Source of the DNA: an uncultured Desulfobacterales bacterium
GTDB taxonomy: Bacteria > Desulfobacterota > Desulfobacteria > Desulfobacterales > B30-G6
DNA length: 64,000 nt
Reading direction: 5' to 3'
Assembly (NCBI GenBank): GCA_964633115.1
Contig: CAZWEO010000002.1
Location: 7,935-71,934 of the forward strand
Shown: positions 26,702 through 35,342 of the stretch, in pieces
How positions within the stretch are numbered: position 1 is the first letter of the stretch
Layout of the letters: each line of letters opens with the position of its first letter
Translations under genes and position numbers: made by a program
The notes under the pieces: generated by a model
What the model was told of the DNA's origin: nothing
Seen by the model: only the letters and a program-made list of their open reading frames with translations
Databases searched by the model: none

Positions 26702-27133
26702 AAAAAAATAGCTATATCACAAAATTTGTAAAAGCGTAAAGAAATCGATTGTTTCAGACTTACCCGGAATAAAACCTGGTTTTACACCCGATTCAGAGTT
26801 TGACCACAGCGATTTCTTAGAATCTTTCCAGGCCAAGCCAATAGCTTTGATCTGGCCCAGAGAGTGAACTTCTGGGCACCTATTCTGGAAAGAAATAAAC
26901 GTTAAAACCGTCCATTCATATTTTCAAAAGTATTTTGTGTCAAGTTATAAAAAACCGTGCTACCGCCCGGCCATCAGAGATCGTTATGAATTGTATCCCG
27001 ATTTCTGCGCGCAGGATGCCAGTTTATTGTCGGCGCGGTTTTTTATGGGAGAAATAGCTTTCTCTTTTTGGGTAAGTTCTGATATGTTCGCACCTGATTC
27101 CTACATGAAATCTGAAGGTTTCGGATATCTCCC

Positions 27134-28315
27134 ATGAAACGTGTTAAAAGCGGTTTACAGCTCTTTATCGAACAACGCCCGGCATGGATAGCTGATCAGC
27201 GCATCGGCCTACTCTGCAATCCGGCTTCGATTGATGCTAGTTTTCGCCATGCCCGTCACCTCATTCATGCGCGCTTTCCAGATCAGCTAAAGGCTCTGTT
27301 TTTTCCTCAGCATGGGCTTTTTTCCGAAAAGCAAGACAATATGATCGAATCCGAAGATTGCCTGGATCCGCTGCTGGGCATACCGGCTTTCAGCTTATAC
27401 GGCCAGACACGTAAACCAGATAAGCGTATGTTCGACAGCATCGATGTGCTCGTGGTCGACCTACAGGACGTGGGCACGCGCGTTTACACCTTTACCTCAA
27501 CGCTGTCTTATTGCATGCAGGCTGCTAAGCGATTTAATAAAAAGGTACATGTGTTAGATCGTCCCAATCCCATCGGCGGAGTTAAAATTGAAGGCAATTG
27601 TCTGGCATTGGATTGCCGCTCTTTTGTGGGCCGCTATCCCATACCCATGCGGCACGGATTGACCCTGGCTGAGTTCGCTATGATGATCAACGATCAATTT
27701 GGTATAGGCTGTGATCTAACCTGTATTCCCATGTATGGATGGAAACGCCGCATGAACTTTGTAGATACGGGACTTCCCTGGGTTGCGCCCTCCCCGAACC
27801 TACCGACACCATCTTCGGCTGCTGTATATCCGGGACAGGTTGTCTGGGAAGGTACCCAGGTTTCTGAAGGCCGCGGAACCACCTCGCCGTTTGAATATTT
27901 TGGCGCACCTTATATGCTACCTGAAAAAATTCTAGCTTATTTAAATCGACAGACACTACCGGGTGTGACTCTCAGAGAAGTTGCCTTCGAACCGACGGCC
28001 AATAAATGGAAGGGTTCCCTTTGCAGGGGATTTCATTTACATATTCTGGATCCCTTGGCATATCAGCCCTATGAAATTTCATTGCGGTTGCTACAAGCAA
28101 TTATTGCTGTGCATGCAGATTCGTTTGCCTGGAAGCAGCCACCATATGAATATGAATTTGAGCGGCGTCCCATTGATTTGATCATCGGTGACACCGATAT
28201 CTGTAGACGTCTTGAAAATTTAGAAGATCCTGCAACCATATTCAAATCCTGGCAACCATATTTGAATCAATATCGTGCCATGTGCAAACAATACTATCTA
28301 TACGGCGATGAATGA
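27134..28315 (+). CDS. namZ: DUF1343 / exo-beta-N-acetylmuramidase NamZ family
   Basis: 393 aa. GLLCNPASI, VLVVDLQDVGTRVYTF and LDRPNPIGG motifs are typical of DUF1343. Confidence 0.8.
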   Translation: MKRVKSGLQLFIEQRPAWIADQRIGLLCNPASIDASFRHARHLIHARFPDQLKALFFPQHGLFSEKQDNMIESEDCLDPLLGIPAFSLYGQTRKPDKRMFDSIDVLVVDLQDVGTRVYTFTSTLSYCMQAAKRFNKKVHVLDRPNPIGGVKIEGNCLALDCRSFVGRYPIPMRHGLTLAEFAMMINDQFGIGCDLTCIPMYGWKRRMNFVDTGLPWVAPSPNLPTPSSAAVYPGQVVWEGTQVSEGRGTTSPFEYFGAPYMLPEKILAYLNRQTLPGVTLREVAFEPTANKWKGSLCRGFHLHILDPLAYQPYEISLRLLQAIIAVHADSFAWKQPPYEYEFERRPIDLIIGDTDICRRLENLEDPATIFKSWQPYLNQYRAMCKQYYLYGDE

Positions 28316-28982
28316 GAAGAAAGCGGACTGGGTCCGTATGCGTTTTAAGAAAAACAAGGTCTGGGTGGCAGTAGGCGCAGACGGGCACCTGCGGATTGAA
28401 AACAATAAACTGTTGATCAAATATCAACTGGATCAACCGCACGAGTATTGGGTGCTCCCCAAGCATGTAAGCTCATTGGACGATTCAGTGGCGGTCGATG
28501 CCTGCAAGACCGGTAAAGTTGATGCAGCTATCCATGGTATTTCGGATGAATTAACACAAACAGATGTTTCCGATCAAGCCGCCATTCATGTCTATACCGA
28601 TGGGGCATCTTCGGGAAATCCCGGCCCCTCTGGTATTGGCGTATTGCTGCAGTATGGCGATCATCAAAAGGAAGTTTCGCGCTATATTGGTATGGCGACC
28701 AATAACATTGCCGAACTTGAAGCTATCCAAGTGGGCCTGGGACTCATCCACAATCCTGACAAACCAGTCAGAGTATATACGGACAGTTCCTATGCATTGG
28801 GCTTATTGTCCAAAGGTTGGAAAGCTAAAAAAAACCAAGACCTAGTTAAAAAAATCCGTCGTCAAATCGCGCGGTTTAAGGATATCAGGTTTATCAAGGT
28901 TAAGGGGCATGCCGGTCATACTCAAAATGAACGGGCGGACAAACTCGCAACTCAGGCGATTACAAAGGGGCAAAAGGAGTAA
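28308..28982 (+). CDS. rnhA: ribonuclease HI with an N-terminal extension of about 95 aa
   Basis: The C-terminal half VYTDGASSGNPGPSGIGVLL...ATNNIAELEAI...VYTDSSY...KVKGHAGHTQNERADKLA carries the RNase H DEDD residues. The ATG at 28308 overlaps the namZ stop by 8 nt. Confidence 0.85.
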   Translation: MNEKKADWVRMRFKKNKVWVAVGADGHLRIENNKLLIKYQLDQPHEYWVLPKHVSSLDDSVAVDACKTGKVDAAIHGISDELTQTDVSDQAAIHVYTDGASSGNPGPSGIGVLLQYGDHQKEVSRYIGMATNNIAELEAIQVGLGLIHNPDKPVRVYTDSSYALGLLSKGWKAKKNQDLVKKIRRQIARFKDIRFIKVKGHAGHTQNERADKLATQAITKGQKE

Positions 28983-29170
28983 ACATCAATGCCCAAAACA
29001 TGGATCTGGGAACTTTGGAGGATGGTTTTGTTTGGATCATTCGAATTTGGATAATTTGATATTGTTTGGGATTTAGGGTTTCGATATTCGTGCTTAGCGT
29101 TTAAACTTTAAGTTTTTCGGCAGAGCCTAAGGATTTTGCCTGCCACAGAAAACCAGGCTTTTGCATACAG

Positions 29171-29211
29171 AAAAAAGGGGCACTACCGACTAGCGGCAGC
29201 GCCCCTTTTTT
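29171..29211. terminator. bidirectional rho-independent terminator
   Basis: AAAAAA-GGGGCACTACCG-actag-CGGCAGCGCCCC-TTTTTT: a 12-bp stem with 2 mismatches, an A-run on one side and a T-run on the other, between convergent genes. Confidence 0.6.
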
Positions 29212-29229
29212 ACAAATGTTACGAAATTA

Positions 29230-29511
29230 CTATTTATCTGTTTTCAGGGTTTCGATCTCTTTTTTAAGATCATCAATTTCTTGCTTATAGGTATCGGCGT
29301 CTTGGGAATCGGATTCCGCGCCAAATGAGGTATCGTCTTTCTTCCAGGTATCCTTCATTTCGTCAAATCCCAGATATATAGCCAAACCGCCTCCCAGCAA
29401 AAGCATTACTGGTATAGCACCTGCCAGAAGCTGCAGGAATTCCCCAAACCAAACGGAAAGACCGATCAAGCCCAAAACAGCTGCTACTGCACCACCGATT
29501 AACGTTTTCAT
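29230..29511 (-). CDS. small 2-TM membrane protein with acidic coiled-coil tail (hypothetical)
   Basis: 93 aa, with a strong AGGAGG RBS upstream of the ATG. Two Gly/Ala-rich TM helices are followed by DTYKQEIDDLKKEIETLKTDK. Confidence 0.6.
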   Translation of the reverse strand: MKTLIGGAVAAVLGLIGLSVWFGEFLQLLAGAIPVMLLLGGGLAIYLGFDEMKDTWKKDDTSFGAESDSQDADTYKQEIDDLKKEIETLKTDK

Positions 29512-29910
29512 AAATCATCCCCCTCCTTTTATACGTAATGAAATTTGCTTCGTCTTTTGATGACCATTCGGTTGGTCAAATGATGAATAATAAATATGAT
29601 ATCAAACTGTTATCTCACCAAAATTTATATTACTGAATGCTTCGGAAATATCATATCAATTTCGATAGCGCAAGCTTAATTTTTAGATATTGCAATGGTG
29701 TATTTGTTTTGTTAATTTTTATTCTTTATATTTGAATTCTCCCATGCAGCTCTCAAGAGACCTCTGCTGAGCCTAATCTGAACTTACCGCCGACAAGTCT
29801 TTCATCAAAGGATGAATTCAAATAATCGAATAAGATTTTCATTTTATTATCGGCGCTAATTTGGTTCGAAAAATTTTAGCAAAAATTCCGAATTGCCCTA
29901 TAACTTGCTT

Positions 29911-32544
29911 ATGAAGAATATAAAGCGCTCCAGCAACTCAAAATCTAAATGGCGTAAAATAATAAATACACTTTTACGCGGCAGCCACCATCATTTTTTG
30001 GCGTATCTGCCAGCCCAAAAGGGCATGTTTTCGTCATGGATTATGCAGCGATTTTACTCTGGAATTAAGGATGATAAACAACAACTGGAGATCATCAGAT
30101 CCCTGCCTAAAGACGCCACGATTGTCTATTTGAATAAATTTAAAAGCTATTTTGATTTTCTATTTTATCATTCACGTTTTATTCAAAACCGATTGCCGGT
30201 TCCGGAGATGGGTCTTAATTACCGCGTTCTTTTTTTTCAGCCAATCTCGCGGCTATTGCGAACAGTGCTTTCCAAGTTCGATTATGTAACCTTAAATTGG
30301 AAACTGCCCGATCCCTATCGCGATGGCTACTATCAGGCTGAACTGAACCAAGGCACCAGTGCCTTTCTATCTTTGGTCAATGAAAAAGGTTTTTATAAAC
30401 GTTTTGTAAAAGCCAAAGCCGACCCCATCCGCCATTTAATTGAAACCCAGGCTGAATCTGAAAAAGAGATTTATATTGTACCACTCTTAATGTTTTTTGG
30501 TAAGAAGCCGAGTCGTTCAGTGCCTTCTATTATTGATCTTATCTTAGGCCCCGAGTCTAAACCTGGCTTGCTGCGTCGTTGGGTAACCCTGATTAGAAAT
30601 CCACAAAAACTGTTTTATGAAGTATCGACACCCATCAGCTTGCGCAAATTTTTAGACGATGCCGAATTGAAAAACATGCCCCTGGATCAACAAGCATTGG
30701 TACTCAGGCGCAACCTGCTTCTGCAGCTTAACAAACACCGCCAGAGCATTACCGGTCCGATCAAAAAAACCATGGAGGAATTGAAGGAAAGCATCCTGAC
30801 CAGCGATCGCCTCAAAACCTATTTGGATGAACACGCAGCTAAACGTGACATACCCATAGCTAGAATCCGCAGAAAAGCAGATGCGTACATTGATGAGATT
30901 GCCTGTAAACAGAGTCCTGCCTTGATTCGGATTGCTGAGTATGTAGTCGGCTGGATTCTGCATACCATGTTTCAAGGTGTTAGTTACAACCAGGAAGGAC
31001 TCCGGCATATAAAGTCTATGACCCAGAAGGGGCCTATAATCTTTGTTCCCTGTCACAAAAGCCATATCGACTACCTGATGCTACCCTATTTGATGTACCG
31101 CCACAATATGGCGGTGCCCTATATCGCCGCCGGGGCCAATCTGTCATTTTGGCCTTTGGGTCCTATTTTTCGAGCTGGCGGAGCCTTTTTTCTCAGACGC
31201 ACTTTTAGAGGTAACGTGCTTTATTCCAAGGTTTTTGCGGAATATATTTATCGACTCCTGATCGAAGGATTCAATATTAAACTATTCATCGAAGGCACCC
31301 GTAGCCGGACCGGGAAACTGATTATGCCCAAACTCGGCTTTGTTTCAATTCTTCTAAATGCATTTAAAAATGGAGCCTGTGAAGATCTTGTTTTTGCGCC
31401 CATCTACATCGGGTATGATCGGGTGCTGGAAGAGAAATCTTATTTACATGAAATTGAAGGTGGTAAAAAAGAGCCGGAAAATTTCTTGCAAGTCATTAGT
31501 GCCCGAAAATTTTTAAGGAATCGATACGGCAAAGTCTATATTAAATTTCACCCGACCATATCGGTAAATCAGCTATTGGCTGCATCCGGTTCCAATTTGC
31601 CTGAAATGACGAACAAGGAACAGAATGCCTTGTGCCGCAACCTTGGTCACCGAATTATAAACGCCATCAATCAGGTTACGGTTATCACCCCACATGCTTT
31701 GACTGCCAGTGTACTGTTGAATGTTCCCAAAGAACGCCTGTCTTATGGCGATCTGATGCAGCAGATCGATAACTATCTACAACATCTAACCATACAAAAT
31801 GCTGATATCGCTGATACCTTGCTCATGGATCATATCCATGCAGTGGAAAACGTAATCCGCGATTACATGGGGCGCAAATTGATATCTCGGGTTGATGGAC
31901 GCAAGGATAGCCCCCTGTCTGAGGCCCAATTTGCAGTGAACGTATCCAGACGGCCGGTCCTGGAATATTATAAAAATAATTGCATATCATTTTTTGTGCC
32001 GACTGCATTTGTGGCTCTTTCGATTTTAGACAAAGATGCTTTTCAGTTCTCTGCTTCTGATCTGCAAGAGGTCTATCTATTTCTGCAGGACTTTTTTAAG
32101 TACGAATTTGCCTTTGACCTGGACAAGGCACCTGATTACTATTTGCGAAAAACCATCAAATCATTCATTGACGATGCAATTATTATTCCCCATCCAACCT
32201 TGCCAGATACCTACAACATCACATCGGCCGGTTTTCGTAAACTAAAGCATTATTCTCGATTTTTAAAACCCTATTTTGAATCCTACTGGATCGTGCTGCA
32301 TTATTTTAGCCGCACGCCCCAAAATGGCAAAGCAGCCAAAGATAAGCTCAAGAAGATACAAACTATCGGTGAAAGACTTTACAAACGCAAAGAAATTGAA
32401 TTGATTGAGTCCTTATCAAAAATCAATTTTAGTAACGGTATCAATTTTTTTACCACCCACAACGTTAAAGGTTCCGACGATACCGACGGTGTTGAATTCT
32501 ATCGAGATATAATTCAAAAATATCTGACGCGGATTAATAATTGA
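29911..32544 (+). CDS. plsB: glycerol-3-phosphate acyltransferase (PlsB type)
   Basis: FVPCHKSHIDYLMLPY (HX4D), GGAFFLRR and FIEGTRSRTGK blocks as in E. coli PlsB. The ORF track starts at TTG 29893. Confidence 0.85.
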   Translation: MKNIKRSSNSKSKWRKIINTLLRGSHHHFLAYLPAQKGMFSSWIMQRFYSGIKDDKQQLEIIRSLPKDATIVYLNKFKSYFDFLFYHSRFIQNRLPVPEMGLNYRVLFFQPISRLLRTVLSKFDYVTLNWKLPDPYRDGYYQAELNQGTSAFLSLVNEKGFYKRFVKAKADPIRHLIETQAESEKEIYIVPLLMFFGKKPSRSVPSIIDLILGPESKPGLLRRWVTLIRNPQKLFYEVSTPISLRKFLDDAELKNMPLDQQALVLRRNLLLQLNKHRQSITGPIKKTMEELKESILTSDRLKTYLDEHAAKRDIPIARIRRKADAYIDEIACKQSPALIRIAEYVVGWILHTMFQGVSYNQEGLRHIKSMTQKGPIIFVPCHKSHIDYLMLPYLMYRHNMAVPYIAAGANLSFWPLGPIFRAGGAFFLRRTFRGNVLYSKVFAEYIYRLLIEGFNIKLFIEGTRSRTGKLIMPKLGFVSILLNAFKNGACEDLVFAPIYIGYDRVLEEKSYLHEIEGGKKEPENFLQVISARKFLRNRYGKVYIKFHPTISVNQLLAASGSNLPEMTNKEQNALCRNLGHRIINAINQVTVITPHALTASVLLNVPKERLSYGDLMQQIDNYLQHLTIQNADIADTLLMDHIHAVENVIRDYMGRKLISRVDGRKDSPLSEAQFAVNVSRRPVLEYYKNNCISFFVPTAFVALSILDKDAFQFSASDLQEVYLFLQDFFKYEFAFDLDKAPDYYLRKTIKSFIDDAIIIPHPTLPDTYNITSAGFRKLKHYSRFLKPYFESYWIVLHYFSRTPQNGKAAKDKLKKIQTIGERLYKRKEIELIESLSKINFSNGINFFTTHNVKGSDDTDGVEFYRDIIQKYLTRINN

Positions 32545-32545
32545 C

Positions 32546-34261
32546 ATGAAAGCGCTCGTTCTCGCGGCAGGTTTTGGGCAACGATTAGCACCTTATACCT
32601 ACCTTACCCCCAAACCACTATTTCATATTGCTAATCGTCCATTACTGGATATTGTGCTTCGAAAATTATCAGCAGCGGGTATTTCTGCCATAACCGTTAA
32701 CACCCATCATCTGCACCATAAAATTGAAACTTATTTAACAACTCAATCCTACGATATTCCAGTTAAAACCCGTCATGAACCCGAAATATTGGGAACCGGC
32801 GGCGCCATTAAAAATCTGGTTGATTTTTGGGATGACGAGCCATTTATGGTGGTAAACAGTGATATCCTTTTTAATACCGACTTACCTGCTTTTATACGCT
32901 TTCACCAGGAATGTAATGCCCTGGCCACCCTGCTGTTATGCGACAACGCCAATTTCAATCAGGTATGGGTAGACCAGCAACATCTGATTCTCGGATTTGG
33001 CCTCGATCATGAGCCAAGCTCCGGCGATGCCAAGACATGGACCTTTACCGGGATTCAGATCATTGATCCACAACTTTTAGATTTCATTCCGGAAAAGGCC
33101 TTCTACTCAGTTATCGATGCCTACCGCAAGGCATTGACCCAAAATAGAATTATTCAGGCTTTTATCCCCAAATTAATTACATGGACTGACATTGGTTCGC
33201 CGCAACGTTTTAGGCAGGCAGCTGTCCGCAGCATGGTTGGAGATGTTTTTGCCGATGAAGACCCAGACTACAACAAGGCCCTAAAAACCATAAAGCTTGC
33301 TGGTGATGGATCCGATCGCTGTTGGTATCGGTTTAAAAAAGCCAATACCAGTATTATCATGACCGATCATGGTATACGATCTGCATCCGGTGTTCAGGAA
33401 GTCGATGCCTTTATTAAAATTGGCCAGCATCTACTTTCGTGCGGTGTAAAGGTCCCTATGATTATCTCGACCGATCCCTTTAGCGGTTTGGTTTTGTTAC
33501 AGGACCTGGGCGACCAACATCTTCAAGATGTGGTCCAAAAGCAGGGCTTGGTGTCAGATATCGTCGGGAGCCTTTACAAATCCTTTATCATTCAATTGGT
33601 ACATATGGGTACGGTTTGCCATCCGGGTTTTGATAGCAATTGGACCTACCAAAGCGCCACCTATGATCAATCGCTGGTGCTTGAAAATGAATGCCGCTAT
33701 TTTGTGACGGCCTTTTTGAATGACTATCTTAAAATGTCCACCCAATTTGAAGACCTGCTTGACGAGTTTCAGTTGTTGGCTCAAAAAGCCGCAACCTGCC
33801 AATACCAAGGCTTTATGCATCGAGACATGCAATCGCGCAATATAATGGTGTATCAGGATCAATGCTTCATTATCGATTTTCAGGGTGCCCGCATCGGCCC
33901 CTTGGCATATGATTTAGCCTCGCTTCTGATTGACCCGTATGTGGCCTTGCCGTCTGAAATGATCAGCGAATTTTACGATTCATACGTGCAACAGCTGTCT
34001 AAATCGATGGGAATTGATAGGGCCAGCTTTCGGAATGATTATGAAATCTGCAGGCTGACCAGGAACCTGCAAATATTGGGAGCATTCGGTCATCTAGCTC
34101 GCAATCAAGGCAAGACACAGTTTGAAGCCTATATACCGAGGGCGCTGGCGACATTGAGTCAAAATCTGGATGTCTGCTACTTAGGTGATCGGCCACCAGG
34201 CCTGTGTAAAGTTGTTCGCAAAGCCCAGGCGCGGCTTAAAGAATTGAGCCATAAGCAATAG
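32546..34261 (+). CDS. fusion of a sugar-1-phosphate nucleotidyltransferase (MurU-like) and an anomeric sugar kinase (AmgK-like)
   Basis: N-terminal LVLAAGFGQRLAPYTYLTPKPL...GTGGAI. The C-terminal APH-fold kinase carries HRDMQSRNIMV...IIDFQGARIGPLAYDLASLL. Confidence 0.7.
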   Translation: MKALVLAAGFGQRLAPYTYLTPKPLFHIANRPLLDIVLRKLSAAGISAITVNTHHLHHKIETYLTTQSYDIPVKTRHEPEILGTGGAIKNLVDFWDDEPFMVVNSDILFNTDLPAFIRFHQECNALATLLLCDNANFNQVWVDQQHLILGFGLDHEPSSGDAKTWTFTGIQIIDPQLLDFIPEKAFYSVIDAYRKALTQNRIIQAFIPKLITWTDIGSPQRFRQAAVRSMVGDVFADEDPDYNKALKTIKLAGDGSDRCWYRFKKANTSIIMTDHGIRSASGVQEVDAFIKIGQHLLSCGVKVPMIISTDPFSGLVLLQDLGDQHLQDVVQKQGLVSDIVGSLYKSFIIQLVHMGTVCHPGFDSNWTYQSATYDQSLVLENECRYFVTAFLNDYLKMSTQFEDLLDEFQLLAQKAATCQYQGFMHRDMQSRNIMVYQDQCFIIDFQGARIGPLAYDLASLLIDPYVALPSEMISEFYDSYVQQLSKSMGIDRASFRNDYEICRLTRNLQILGAFGHLARNQGKTQFEAYIPRALATLSQNLDVCYLGDRPPGLCKVVRKAQARLKELSHKQ

Positions 34262-34303
34262 GCTTTTAGCAGGTTTCGCTCATATATTATAAAGGAGACA
34301 CAA

Positions 34304-35134
34304 ATGGACGAGATAAACGTAATGGTCAATGGCCTACCCGGCAATGTCGCCCAGGTGATTGCCAGCCATATCGCCGTAAGAGAGGGAATTAATCTGCTGC
34401 CCTATTCGCTGACGGGCCCGGAAATTGAAGCCGACTCGCACGAAGTAGCTGGTATAAAATTTCGACTTATTCGACCGAATGAACGCGATGCCCAAATGAA
34501 AGCACTTGACCCATTGACGTCTCCTTTTATCTGCATTGATTTCACCCACCCTTCAGCTGTAAACCAGAATGCGCAATTCTATTGTGAGCGCTTGATACCA
34601 TTTATTATGGGAACGACTGGTGGGAATCGAGATCAATTGATACAGACCGTGAAAAAATCTGAGAATGCTGCTGTTATTGCACCGAATATGGCCAAGCAGA
34701 TCGTTGGATTTCAAGCCATGATGGCTTGGGCCGCAGAAAATTTTCCCGACCTGTTCAGCGACTATAAGATTACAATTCAGGAAAGCCATCAGCAGGGCAA
34801 AGCTGATACCAGTGGTACGGCTAAAGCCATGGTTACCTATTTTCAGCAATTGGGTCTGGATTGTCCTCCCGAAAGCATCCAAAAAGAACGTGATCCGCAA
34901 AAGCAGCAATTCGATTGGGGTATTCCCCCAGAACATCTCAATGGGCATGGCTGGCACACGTACACGCTGACATCAAACGATCAGAGTGTGCAGTTCAAAT
35001 TTACCCATAATGTGAATGGTCGCGAAATCTATGCCCATGGCACCCTCGATGCGGTGCTATTTCTGCACAAAGCACTTCAAAAAGGGGCACATGGCAAAGT
35101 ATTTAGTATGATGGATGTACTTCGGGGCGTATAG
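34304..35134 (+). CDS. dapB: 4-hydroxy-tetrahydrodipicolinate reductase, plant/Chlamydia-type
   Basis: VMVNGLPG..., DFTHPSAVNQNAQFY, PFIMGTTGG, ESHQQGKADTSGTAKA and HNVNGREIYAHGTLDAVLFL track the plant-type DapB sequence closely. Confidence 0.85.
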   Translation: MDEINVMVNGLPGNVAQVIASHIAVREGINLLPYSLTGPEIEADSHEVAGIKFRLIRPNERDAQMKALDPLTSPFICIDFTHPSAVNQNAQFYCERLIPFIMGTTGGNRDQLIQTVKKSENAAVIAPNMAKQIVGFQAMMAWAAENFPDLFSDYKITIQESHQQGKADTSGTAKAMVTYFQQLGLDCPPESIQKERDPQKQQFDWGIPPEHLNGHGWHTYTLTSNDQSVQFKFTHNVNGREIYAHGTLDAVLFLHKALQKGAHGKVFSMMDVLRGV

Positions 35135-35178
35135 AACAGAGCTTATATTTAAGAAATAAATATCGAATTTCGATTTCA

Positions 35179-35262
35179 TGAATATTGAATTTCGAAGTTT
35201 TGCTAAAGGCGATCAGCAAAACTTCAACATTCGAAATTTCTTATTCAACATTCATTATTCAA
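35179..35262. repeat. about 80-nt dispersed intergenic element, copy 2 (long hairpin)
   Basis: Perfect 11-bp core stem GAAGTTTTGCT (35194-35204) / AGCAAAACTTC (35215-35225), extended by imperfect pairing. Shares ordered blocks with 19411-19486. Confidence 0.65.
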
Positions 35263-35304
35263 ATAAATTGGCACCGTATCCCAGCCAAAGAGTTTGATTC
35301 GTTT

Positions 35305-35330
35305 TTCTGAATTCTGTCTTCTGACTCCTG
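35305..35330. repeat. solo cassette arm
   Basis: TTCTGAATTCTGTCTTCTGACTCCTG matches 18661-18686 (TTCTGAATTCTGGATTCTGACTCCTG) at 24 of 26 positions. Confidence 0.75.
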
Positions 35331-35342
35331 AATCCTGCTCTC

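Noticed and set aside
26937-27137. 66-aa + ORF in the 430-nt divergent spacer upstream of namZ.
   Set aside because: It has no RBS and no recognisable features, and it overlaps the namZ start. It is probably non-coding promoter region.
29044-29100. TTTGG/ATTCGA-rich stretch after rnhA as another member of the cassette family.
   Set aside because: Word repetition is weak and I could not define paired inverted arms. I left it as ordinary AT-rich 3' sequence ahead of the terminator at 29171-29211.
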